Below, in pieces: positions 8,957 to 18,700 of a stretch of DNA of 64,000 nucleotides. Under the pieces are notes generated by a model. The model was not told the DNA's origin and did no database searches. It was given only the letters and a program-made list of their open reading frames with translations. The stretch's first letter is position 1; the number at the start of each line of letters is the position of its first letter. The stretch is from an uncultured delta proteobacterium (lineage in GTDB: Bacteria; Desulfobacterota; Desulfobacteria; Desulfobacterales; JAFDCJ01), in assembly GCA_963769935.1 (NCBI GenBank), contig CAVYNY010000020.1:448001-512000 (forward strand), given 5' to 3'. The position numbers were made by a program, and so were the translations under genes.

Positions 8957-9655
8957 TTATAAATTATTCTTTTCTAAAATTCGCCGCAGGTCCGCAATGT
9001 GGCGGGCCGGATATACACCGGTGGGGCATACCCGGCTGCAGTTTAAGGCGCGTTCACACAGGTGTTGACCGCGCATGCTTCCCGCCAGCGACATCAGATC
9101 TTCTTCGTTTTGCGGCGCTTTCTTCAGTTCGCAATTTACAGCGGCGAGTACAGCCGGTCCTAAGAATCCGGCATTTTTCTCCGTCACCGGGCAGGCGGAA
9201 ACGCAGGCGCCGCATTCGATGCAGTTTTCGAAGCGCGTAAATTGATGGAAGCCTTGAGGCTGGTTGGTGCTTTTTACTTGCTCGGACTTTTTCAAATAAC
9301 GCCATTCTTCGGACAGATCTGCGTATAATCGGGTCATGTCCACGACCAGATCACCGATGGGGCTAAAACCCTCTAGGGGGGTGAGGGTGATGGTGTCGCC
9401 TTCCAACTCGTGAATTTTCGTGATGCAGGTTAAGCGTTCCTGACCATTAATTTTGCAGGCACAGGTGCCGCAGGAAGAATGATGACAGGAGTGGCGGTAC
9501 ATCAAGGTTTTATCCTGCTCGAGACGAATCTTTTCAAGAGCATCAAGGATACTTGTGTCGGGGTCCACTTCGACGGTGAATTCCTGTAACCGCGGCGGGT
9601 CGATATGGTTCGGTTTGTAGCGCAGTATTTTAAATGTTGTTTTTTTAATTGGCAT
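8957..9655 (-). CDS. SdhB/FrdB-like iron-sulfur protein
   Basis: YRHSCHHSSCGTC...C (2Fe-2S), CIECGACVSACP and C....NC..VCP clusters; start re-placed at ATG 9655. Confidence 0.85.
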   Translation of the reverse strand: MPIKKTTFKILRYKPNHIDPPRLQEFTVEVDPDTSILDALEKIRLEQDKTLMYRHSCHHSSCGTCACKINGQERLTCITKIHELEGDTITLTPLEGFSPIGDLVVDMTRLYADLSEEWRYLKKSEQVKSTNQPQGFHQFTRFENCIECGACVSACPVTEKNAGFLGPAVLAAVNCELKKAPQNEEDLMSLAGSMRGQHLCERALNCSRVCPTGVYPARHIADLRRILEKNNL

Positions 9656-9683
9656 AATATCGGTTCTAGAGCTTTTTTTGGGA

Positions 9684-9862
9684 CACGGATTTACACACGA
9701 GATCTGCACGGATTTTTAGAGTGCTTTTACCACCCGCTTCAGGCTTCGCTCTTCGAGCTACGACCCGACAGATCGCTCGAGGCATTGAGAGCACGGAGGT
9801 ATTCATTTTTTTTGACTTGCAGGAAGACGACTGCAAGTCAAAATCAAACTGCCTGCCGAGGA
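9684..9862. repeat. Intergenic miniature element with 30-bp REP-like insertion
   Basis: CACGGAT repeats, CACCCGCTTC[9742-9771 insert]TCGCTC motif, hairpin TTTTGACTTGCAG/CTGCAAGTCAAAA; related (reverse) to 28656-28834. Confidence 0.6.
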
Positions 9863-9947
9863 AGTTCATTGTATAGACTCATAAACTTACCAACTCAAGA
9901 ACTTATCAGCTATTTTATTGTCTGCGCCAGTTGGCGTCCGTCGGCGG

Positions 9948-11117
9948 TTAAATGCGAGGCCCTTTATAAAACAACCGGTAGTGAAGCAACTTTGCGGTTT
10001 TGGTCCTGCAGGCTATGTTGCGGCCGGTTTTTTTGCAAATCAAATCCGCCGTTTTTTCGGCCATGGCCCGCAAAGTGGTGGCTTTGCCCCCGATGATCGA
10101 CACCAACCCTTCCAGCTGATCCCTTTGATAGTGATCAAAGCAGTCAAAGGTGCGGCTGATCCGCTGCGGATTTTGGGGTGCTTGCTGCACCAGCAAAGGC
10201 CGCGGCGCACACCAGATCGAATGAATGGCGGCCGTTTTAGCAGACGGAACCATCTCGGCGCACTGATCCACAATTTTTGTCACATGCTCCGGCGGATAGT
10301 TAGTTGTATCCGGGTCCTGTGCCAGCCAGAGGGTGGTTCCGAGCACCGAAAGCCGGCGCTGGGGAACGATGATGTCGGCTTCATCGGCCGGGTTGAGCCG
10401 GTTGATAACCATGTTTGCCAACCGGCCTTTTACGGCCACCATGACGCCGGGGCCGGGCTGGAGCGGCAATCGAATTCCAGCCAGGTCACAAATATTCCCC
10501 GACCAGGCGCCGGCGGCATTAACTATGATATCCCCCTTGACATCATACTCGCGGTGAGTCTGATGCTCGAATATACGGACACCGGTAACCGTTCCGTTGG
10601 TTTTGTGAAAGCCGACGACTTCTGAGAAGTTGTGCAGCCGGGCACCATTGGCGGCGGCCGTGGCATAAAAATGCATGGGCAGACGCCAGGCGTCCATGGT
10701 AGCGTCCGGTATCCGAACGGCAAGCTTTAAATCCGAATTTAGCGCCGGCTCTACAGCCAAAGCCTGTTGGGGGGTCAATTCTGCGACCGGAATGCCGCAG
10801 TCCCGGCAGCTTGTCAGGAAGACGTCGCGATAATTCAAATCCGTTTGATCCAGCGCCACGAAAAGCCCGTCGTTTTGTTCAAAGGCCTCCGGTGCAATTT
10901 TGCGCAGGATTTTATTTTCCTGAATGCACTCGCGGGCGGCTGCCGGATCGTGGACGGCATAGCGGGCGCCGCTGTGCAGCAGGCCGTGGTGCCGGCCGGT
11001 GGTGCCGGATAAAAATTCCCCCCGTTCGAAAAGCGATACCTCAAACCCTCTCAGCGTCAGGTCGTGGGCCAAGGCCGCCCCGGTTCCGCCGCCGCCGATG
11101 ATCACGATATGTTCCAT
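9948..11117 (-). CDS. FAD-dependent oxidoreductase, anaerobic glycerol-3-phosphate dehydrogenase subunit A-like (short form)
   Basis: GGGGTG FAD site, GTTGRHHGLLHSGARYAV.D, GGKATTLR.MAE; no C-terminal BFD domain. Confidence 0.85.
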   Translation of the reverse strand: MEHIVIIGGGGTGAALAHDLTLRGFEVSLFERGEFLSGTTGRHHGLLHSGARYAVHDPAAARECIQENKILRKIAPEAFEQNDGLFVALDQTDLNYRDVFLTSCRDCGIPVAELTPQQALAVEPALNSDLKLAVRIPDATMDAWRLPMHFYATAAANGARLHNFSEVVGFHKTNGTVTGVRIFEHQTHREYDVKGDIIVNAAGAWSGNICDLAGIRLPLQPGPGVMVAVKGRLANMVINRLNPADEADIIVPQRRLSVLGTTLWLAQDPDTTNYPPEHVTKIVDQCAEMVPSAKTAAIHSIWCAPRPLLVQQAPQNPQRISRTFDCFDHYQRDQLEGLVSIIGGKATTLRAMAEKTADLICKKTGRNIACRTKTAKLLHYRLFYKGPRI

Positions 11118-11256
11118 TAAAAAAAAATGCCTAAATTGTCTAAAATGCCTAAAATTAAGGTGTTCCGGCTATTTAAAATCATAGAATTCCACAATTTCAG
11201 CTCATTCTTGCCCGCCAGTTTTTAGGCGGGGCAGTCATTTTAAATTTTAGTTCATT
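11118..11256. repeat. Intergenic element of 9-bp tandem repeats with inverted counterpart
   Basis: TGCCTAAAT/TGTCTAAAA/TGCCTAAAA array and distal TTTTAGGC, TTTTAGTTCATTT. Confidence 0.55.
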
Positions 11257-11279
11257 TATAACCATAGGGATATAGGCTT

Positions 11280-12734
11280 CTATTTGCCATGATACGATTC
11301 CAAGAGCGCCGCCACAAACTTCCACAGCTTGCCCAGCGAAGGAATATGAAGTGCTTCATTGGGCGAATGCGGATCCTTTAAATCCGGGCCGAAGGATATC
11401 ATGTCCATCCCTGTGTATTTATCACCGATGACGGCACACTCCAGCCCGGCATGAACCGATTTAACTTCGGCTTCCTGATCGAAAACCTGCCGATAGATCT
11501 TCCGACAGCGCTCAAGCACCGGAGACTGCATATCCGGTGTCCAGGGGGGATATTCATTGCGCGATTGGGCGTCCGCACCGGCCAGGGCCGCCGCTGCCGC
11601 AACGGCAGCCGTCGCCTCATCCAGCCGGGAAGCTGTCAGGCTGCGCTGGCTCGTTAAAATTTTCAGGGACCCATCTTTGATCTCAACCCATGCCAGGTTG
11701 TTGGAGGTTTCGACCAGGTTTTTGAAAACCGTCGACATCCCCATGACGCCGTGGGGCAGGCATAAAAGCAGGTTAACTGCGGCCCGGGTATCCGCCGCAC
11801 CCAGGGCTGTTTTCTTGGCTGCCGCCGAATCCGCCGGCGACAGGGAGACGGCCAAAGCCGATTCGATGCCTTTATATTCAGTCTGTAAGATCGCTTCGAA
11901 TTCCAAGACCGTTTTGCCCAAAGCTTCCGATTTGGCCGCATCACACGCAAACACCGCCTCGGCATCCCGGGCAATCGCATTGTGGGCGGTTCCGCCTTTC
12001 ATGGATACCAGGCGGATATCACAGGCTGAGGATAGTCGCTGCAGGCTGCGGGCAATGAGTTTATTGGCGCTGGCCCGCTGCTTGACAATATCGATGCCTG
12101 AATGCCCGCCGTGCAGTCCGCTGATTTTCAATTTGAAAAATTGATGGCCGTCGGCAACCTTTGTCAGAGCTACTTTACGGGAAATATGGGTCTCGCGGCC
12201 CCCTGCGCAGCCGACCGTAAACACACCCTCGGTTTCCGAATCCACATTGAGCAGCACCCGGCCATCGATGAATCCGGGTTCGAGCTTTTTGGCACCGTTC
12301 AAGCCGCTTTCTTCGTCCACCGTGAAAAGCAGTTCCAGGCCCGGATGGGCCAAACCGTCATCGCCTGCCAGGGCCAGAGCCAGGGCGATGGCGATGCCGT
12401 TGTCGGCCCCCAAGGTGGTATGGTCCGCCCGCAGCCAATCCCCGTCCATGATGTGGCGGATGGGATCTTTGGAAAAATCATGCGGCGCGTCGGGAGATTT
12501 TTCGCAGACCATGTCCATATGGCCCTGAATTACAATGACCGGCGCATTTTCATAGCCTGCCGTCGGCGGCACCTTCATCAACAGGTTGCCGGCTGCATCC
12601 TTTTTCACCGCCAGCTGTTTTGCTTCCGCCCACTGTTCCAGCCACAAACCTATCTGCGCTTCATTTTTGGAACAACGCGGGACGGCATTGAGCCGCTCGA
12701 AGTAATTCAATATTGTGTTTACTTTTTCCTCCAT
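11280..12734 (-). CDS. pepD: Aminoacyl-histidine dipeptidase (M20C)
   Basis: QGHMDMVCEK, TTLGADNGI, FTVDEE.G, GGHSG.DI, HAGLEC, PHSPNE; start ATG 12734 with GGAG RBS. Confidence 0.93.
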   Translation of the reverse strand: MEEKVNTILNYFERLNAVPRCSKNEAQIGLWLEQWAEAKQLAVKKDAAGNLLMKVPPTAGYENAPVIVIQGHMDMVCEKSPDAPHDFSKDPIRHIMDGDWLRADHTTLGADNGIAIALALALAGDDGLAHPGLELLFTVDEESGLNGAKKLEPGFIDGRVLLNVDSETEGVFTVGCAGGRETHISRKVALTKVADGHQFFKLKISGLHGGHSGIDIVKQRASANKLIARSLQRLSSACDIRLVSMKGGTAHNAIARDAEAVFACDAAKSEALGKTVLEFEAILQTEYKGIESALAVSLSPADSAAAKKTALGAADTRAAVNLLLCLPHGVMGMSTVFKNLVETSNNLAWVEIKDGSLKILTSQRSLTASRLDEATAAVAAAAALAGADAQSRNEYPPWTPDMQSPVLERCRKIYRQVFDQEAEVKSVHAGLECAVIGDKYTGMDMISFGPDLKDPHSPNEALHIPSLGKLWKFVAALLESYHGK

Positions 12735-12968
12735 TAAATTTCTCCTATATCGTTTTTGCCATTGGAACAATGCCTTTATAAAGCTTATGGGTGTTTGCGC
12801 GCCGCATGTCAAGATCTACTTATTTTAAATCGCCGGCGGTTTGAATTTGAGGTGCAGCTTGATTTATCCGGGTAGATTGCATTACAATAATATAACTCGT
12901 AGCAGGATACCTGTCTTGATTTTATGCGGGTCCTGTTTAATGTTACAGGTAAGATTGGAAAATCGCCC

Positions 12969-14045
12969 ATGAGAGTGGAATGTCCGAACTGCCGGATGGT
13001 CAGTGCGGTCCGAGAAGATCGGATTGTGACATCGCATAATTCCATTAGTCTGTCCTGTCCCACTTGCAGGTTTTCAATGGTGCTGCATTTACAATCCAAC
13101 TTGGACAGGACCGACAGCCCGCCGGAGATTCAGAACCTGTCGGCAGATCAGCTAACATCCGGCCCACCGGCGAAAGATACCAGGAATCGGCGGCATATCA
13201 CGGCACTTAAAGCCAAAATTTTGCGCAGCCTGGTCAATCTGCCGTCCATGCCCCATATAATTCTCAAGGCACGGGAAATTTTATCGGATCCTGACTCCAG
13301 TCTAAGGGATCTATCCCGAGTTATTGAAATAGACCAGGCGCTGGTGGCTAAGGTGCTGACCCTGGCCAACTCAGCTTATTACGGGGTCAGCGGCATGGTG
13401 TCCTCAATTCAGCATGCTTCGGTTTTGCTCGGCCAGAAGATCCTGGGTCAAATGATTACGATATCGGCATCATCAGTGCTGCTCAACAAAAAGCTGAGAG
13501 GCTACGGTATTGCTCCCGATGATATGTGGCGGCATTCACTGGCCTGTGCTTTTGCTGCTAAAAGGATTGCTGAGAGGAATAATGATGGTCTGATCGATGA
13601 TGCCTTCACCGCAGGGCTGTTGCATGACGCCGGAAAAATAATTCTCGATCCGTATGTGATAAAACGCAAGGACGAATTCGAGCCGTTTGCCGGCCAAATT
13701 AATATGCCGCTATTCGAGATCGAAAAAGCGGTTTTCGGGTTCGATCATGCCGAGATCATGTCCCGGGCATGCCGGCTCTGGCGGTTTCCCGAGATCCAGG
13801 TAACGGCGATCCGATATCACCATGAGCCTTCCTGCGAGGAAGAAAATGAGCTGGCCTGCATGATCCACCTGGCTGACGTTCTGGCTAAATCAGCAGGGTT
13901 TGCTGCGGGACAGTCTGCAACCCTGGATCAAATCGCCCCCGAAATTCTGCAATTTCTACACATCAGGGCCCAAGATCTGGTTGTTGTCGCTGATGCTGTG
14001 AAGGAAGATTTGCAAAAAATAAAAGAGGAGTTGAAGGAGGTCTGA
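12969..14045 (+). CDS. Zinc-ribbon + HDOD domain protein
   Basis: CPNC...CPTC N-terminal ribbon; LPSMP, D.ALVAKVL.LANSAYYG, WRHS, GLLHDAGK, DHAE, W.FP, IRYHH. Confidence 0.88.
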   Translation: MRVECPNCRMVSAVREDRIVTSHNSISLSCPTCRFSMVLHLQSNLDRTDSPPEIQNLSADQLTSGPPAKDTRNRRHITALKAKILRSLVNLPSMPHIILKAREILSDPDSSLRDLSRVIEIDQALVAKVLTLANSAYYGVSGMVSSIQHASVLLGQKILGQMITISASSVLLNKKLRGYGIAPDDMWRHSLACAFAAKRIAERNNDGLIDDAFTAGLLHDAGKIILDPYVIKRKDEFEPFAGQINMPLFEIEKAVFGFDHAEIMSRACRLWRFPEIQVTAIRYHHEPSCEEENELACMIHLADVLAKSAGFAAGQSATLDQIAPEILQFLHIRAQDLVVVADAVKEDLQKIKEELKEV

Positions 14046-14096
14046 TTTTGCTTCAGCCTGGAGCCGGCCAGGCAGCTTCTCCGGTGGAGGCGGATA

Positions 14097-15257
14097 ATGT
14101 CGCTATTTGATCTAACCGAATTCTTTAGGCTTTCATCGGCGTTGCACTACAATCTGAGTGCGGCTTCTTTGAATCGATACACCGTCCTGATGTATATCAT
14201 CGGTGACAAACGCCTGGCCGCCGACGATAAGAAAGACCGGGAATACAAAGCTGTTTTGATGGAAGCGCTGGGATATCTTTTCAGTGCCTACAGTCAAAAG
14301 CGCCGGCGTCTGGGGCCCATGGCCGTTTTGCATCCCCTGCGCGCGGCAGCCATATTCACTCGATTCTTCGACGATTTCAACCTGATAAACCTCCTCACGC
14401 TGCTCTTTCATGATGTTCTCGAAGATGTTAAACCGGTCCAGTTTGAAGTTCATAAATGGAAAAGCATGGAAGAGCAGTTTTACAATCTCATGGAGCGGAT
14501 AGATCCGGCCGATGAATCCAAGCTGACCGCCAACCTGGTGTTCCTGACGCGGGTTGAAGGCGAATCTTACTATCATTATATCGGAAGGCTGCTGGACAAT
14601 GCCCGGAATTCCCCCGAGCTTGTTGCGGTGAAACTGGCAGACCGGTTGGACAATACGCTGGATATGCGCATCGACCTTGAAGATGCTCTGGCCAGAATAG
14701 ATTTTTTCGAGACCATCTTTCAGGTCCTGTTTGTCGCCAACTATCCGGGCTACAAACCCAAACTGGAGCACGCTCCGACGACGGCCATCAACGGCGCCAA
14801 GAGGCTGTATCAGCTTTTTAAAAATGCCGTCCTGTTGTCCCTAATCCGGCAGCATACGCCGCCGAAAGATCAGCGCACGGTAAAAATCCTCTTCAATGCC
14901 GTTGCCGAGGCAAGCTTGAAAGAAGCCCAGCGAACCTTGATCCACCTGATAAGCTACCATGTCAAAGACCTGCACGACCAGCGCAGCCTTGTTCTGGAGG
15001 CCATGCATTATTGCTACAGCGGCCGCAGCGACCTGGTTACCAGACCCGGCGGCAGTCAGTTGCTGGATGGAATGTTTTCGACCTACTTTAAGCACACCTC
15101 CAGTAAGATCCGCAATAAACAGCTGGATGTCTTATACCGGAACAAGCCCTTGATGCTGGAGGCATCGGTGGCCTTTCTGGTCATCTTTTTAAGTTTTCTA
15201 AACGACGAAACTTTCTATATCAAGGGTATCAGCGCGAGAGGCATCCGGGCGAGGTGA
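14097..15257 (+). CDS. HD-domain protein, RelA/SpoT hydrolase (Mesh1-like) core with unknown C-terminal extension
   Basis: KRRR.G...VLHP, LFHDVLED, LTR, VKLADRLDN motifs. Confidence 0.65.
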   Translation: MSLFDLTEFFRLSSALHYNLSAASLNRYTVLMYIIGDKRLAADDKKDREYKAVLMEALGYLFSAYSQKRRRLGPMAVLHPLRAAAIFTRFFDDFNLINLLTLLFHDVLEDVKPVQFEVHKWKSMEEQFYNLMERIDPADESKLTANLVFLTRVEGESYYHYIGRLLDNARNSPELVAVKLADRLDNTLDMRIDLEDALARIDFFETIFQVLFVANYPGYKPKLEHAPTTAINGAKRLYQLFKNAVLLSLIRQHTPPKDQRTVKILFNAVAEASLKEAQRTLIHLISYHVKDLHDQRSLVLEAMHYCYSGRSDLVTRPGGSQLLDGMFSTYFKHTSSKIRNKQLDVLYRNKPLMLEASVAFLVIFLSFLNDETFYIKGISARGIRAR

Positions 15258-15270
15258 TCGGGCTTTGGCG

Positions 15271-15545
15271 AAATGACGAATGTCGAATGAAGGGATTCTA
15301 TCTTTATTTTAGATTTTGAATTAGGGATTTCGGATTGGATCAGCAAAGAGCATAGGGCTTAGCGCAAAGAGTATAGGTCTAGCAGGCAATAAATGAGCAA
15401 CATCCTATTGCACCCAACGAACCCAACGATCTAAACCATCCCAACGTTCCAAATTTATCCTATGAATTATACGAAGTATCAGCGAAGCGAATTTCATCGG
15501 GACCATCCAAACGAACTAAACGAACTTAACGCCATGCGCTAGGCG
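15271..15545. repeat. Composite intergenic region of 7- and 9-bp tandem repeat modules
   Basis: GAATGAC/GAATGTC heptamers (cf. 49601), GAGCATAG/GCGCAAAG modules (cf. 54617), CCCAACGAA/CTAAACGAA nonamers (reverse of 50082, 57632). Confidence 0.65.
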
Positions 15546-15729
15546 ATGCCGTTGTGGTTGTTCCATCCTGCAACCATGATTTTCCTCTGATTCATAAGCA
15601 TTTGATAATAAGGTTAATTTGTGTATTTTCTTGCAAAAAATAGGAATTCCGCATAAAATTATTTTTAATTCCTTGAACATCCGGGCTCCCCGAAACTCCC
15701 TGATGTCGTCAGATCGGTAAACCAATACA

Positions 15730-18700
15730 ATGCATCAACAAGAACTCGTCAATTTGCTTGAATTTACAGGCAAGGACCCTACCAGGCTGGTCTTTGAGGA
15801 TGAACTCACCAGCGTGTACAACCGGCGATTCCTCTTCCAGTATTTTCAGTCCAGAATATCATGGGAGGATCTGTCGAAGGATCCCCTTTCGCTGATTATG
15901 ATGGACGTTGACAATTTTAAAGGCGTCAACGACACATACGGGCATCAGGTCGGTGACAAGGCCTTGGTCTGGGTGGCCGATATCCTGCGCGATGTGGCCG
16001 GAGATGACGGCTTGCCCATACGCTATGCCGGCGATGAATTCATGGTGTTGTTTTTGCATTGCGACAAGCAAACGGCACTCAAGCTGGGCAATCGTTTAGT
16101 CAACAAAGTGCGTTCGGAGGCTTTCAGGTTTGACGGCAACCATAAGACACTGCCGATCACCCTGAGTCTCGGGGTCGCCTCGGCCCCCGAGGATGCGAAG
16201 ACCGGTAAAGGCTTGATTCAACAGGCGGACGTTGCCCTTTACTTTGCGAAAAGCAGCGGTCGGGACTGCCTGGTGAATGCCAGCGAAGTTGTCCAGGAAG
16301 CCGTATTCGACAAAACCGCCATCAACCAGCTTAACGAAGTCAAACTGGTCGGCCGGGGACCTCAGCTGTCCCAGGTGAGCGAGGCGTTGAATAAATTCGG
16401 CCAGAAACAAAATCAGATGTTGATTGCCGAAGGCTCAGCCGGACTCGGCAAAACCGAGTTTTTAGATACCGTGCGGCGCAGTCTGGCCCGCACCAAGGCC
16501 TGGCGCATAAAGGTCAGCGGCGACCAGCAGGAAATGTTTCGCCCCTATTACCTGATGACCAGCATCCTGGTCAACCTGCTTAACTACCGCGGCGACCAGG
16601 GAACCGCCATCATCAACAGCTTGAGTAAAAGCCATCAGGCCTATATCGGCAAAATTCTGCCCCAGCTGACCACGGAGTCAGCACCTGCGGAAGATGAGGA
16701 TAATAGTTCCAGCCGCAAAGGCATATTTACGGCCCTGGCGCATTTGTTTATAAAGGCCGCCGCCAATCGCCCCGTTATCCTGTTTCTGGATGATCTGCAT
16801 CTGGCCGACGAAGCATCCCTGATTATGCTGCGTCAGCTGCTGTTGCTCAATAATTTCCCCCTTTTCATCTGTGGTGCGGCCGAAAGCATTCAGGAATCCG
16901 ACCGGGCCGAGAACAAGATTCCCCTGCACCGATTTTTCGAAATATACCAAAAGACGCTCGGTATCCGGACGATAACCCTGACACCGCTGACCGCCGCTGA
17001 TATCACCAAACATATTCAAGGATTATTTCCGAATATAAAGCTGCCTCCGGAGTTTGATCAGGAGATTGTCCGCATCAGCCAGGGCAATCCGCTTTTTATC
17101 AGTGAATTGCTGCGTAAACTGGTGCTTGATCGTAAAATCACCCTGGTGGGGCAGAAATGGACCCTTGAACAGCTGGAAGAAGGGTATCTTCCCAAAACCC
17201 TGGAAGATATTGTGACCCAAAAAATTGCCGCGCTGGATGAAGAAAGCCGCCTGATTCTGGATCAAGTTTCAGCCTTGGGGGGGGATGTCTCCCTGAGTAT
17301 GCTGGTGGGAAGTTCCGATCAGATGGAAACCAGGGTTTTAGAATTTATCGATCAGGCGCGCGCCCAGGGGCTTGTCAGCACGAATTTTCAACTCAACGAT
17401 GAAATTATTACGATCCTGGGAAAGCAGGTGCTGGCTATCACCTACGGTGCCATCCAGCCGGATCGCAAACATCAATTGCACGAACGCATCGGCAATTACC
17501 AGGAGACCCTTTATGAGCGCCAGCTGCTGCCTTCTGCGGCCACCCTGGCCTACCATTTCAAGCGTTCGACCAATCAGCAAAAAGCCGTGCGCTACGAAAA
17601 AATCCAGGCCATTGCCAACAATCGCAGTTTTAACGGTCAGGAGGCCGTGGCTTACACCGTTGAGGCCCCCGGGGAGACCACTGAAATTGATGTTCCTCTA
17701 AAGCCCGAAGACCTGAAGCGCGTGCCCGAAATCATTCGCGATTTTATGGTGGCCGTGCGCAATTTCAAACTCTACCCCCCGGGCAGTAAATCAATTGAAA
17801 TGATCAATCAGCAGTTTAAGGCCTCCCTCGATCAAATTCTGTCCGGCAACGAAACCTTAAATATTGTTCAGGTAAAGAACTCCATTCTGATAAACGGTCA
17901 AAAGATCGATGTTTCCGAATATAAGTTGGTGATGGATACCTTTTTGAAGCTGCTCAATCGCGTTGAGCTCAAGGGCCTTGCGTTTCACAGCGGCGTCACC
18001 GAGCAGGAGCTTGAAATACTGCTGCAGACACTTGGCAAAACCGATAAAAAGACATTTGATGCCGGCTTCTGGGACAATTTCTCCACCGAACACCGGATCA
18101 GCAACATCGAATTAAAACAGATCCAATATGCCGTAAAAGTCAAGGCCGTCGCCGGCGCCGGGCCCGGCCCGGCCGCCGCCCCGGGGCAAACGCCGGCCGT
18201 TTCAGCACCGACCGAGCAGCTGACATTGCCGCTCGGCCACCAGGAGATGAAAGCGATTCCGGAAATTCTGCGTAATCTGGTTGCTGCGGCGCGCGTGATA
18301 AAGCTCTATCCGATAAAAAGCAAGTCGGTTGCCAACACCATCAACAAACTTCTGGAGAACCTGCAGCGATTTTTTACCACCCAGCGGGTTCTGGCTTTTT
18401 CGCGCGCCGGCGATACGCTGCTGGTCAACGGTGAGAAGCTGGATACTTCAGGCGCTTCGGAGTTTCGAGGGCTCGCCGACAATTTTCTGACATTGCTGGG
18501 TGAGATCGGGCTGGAGAGTATCACCTTTCTGGAAAGTATTTCCGTGCACCAACTGGAAACATTTATCGGGGTACTGGGCGATTTCCCCGAATCGGAAGTT
18601 AATACGGACTTCTGGAAGGTTCTGGCTGAAGAACAGGGCCTGACTGCGATTTTATTTGACCAGCAGTTGTATGAAATTCAAGTAGCGCATAGCCTGTCGG

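Noticed and set aside
15730..16300. GGDEF domain as a Hypr (3',3'-cGAMP) cyclase
   Set aside because: Keeps Asp in YGHQVGD; Hypr enzymes have Ser/Thr at that position
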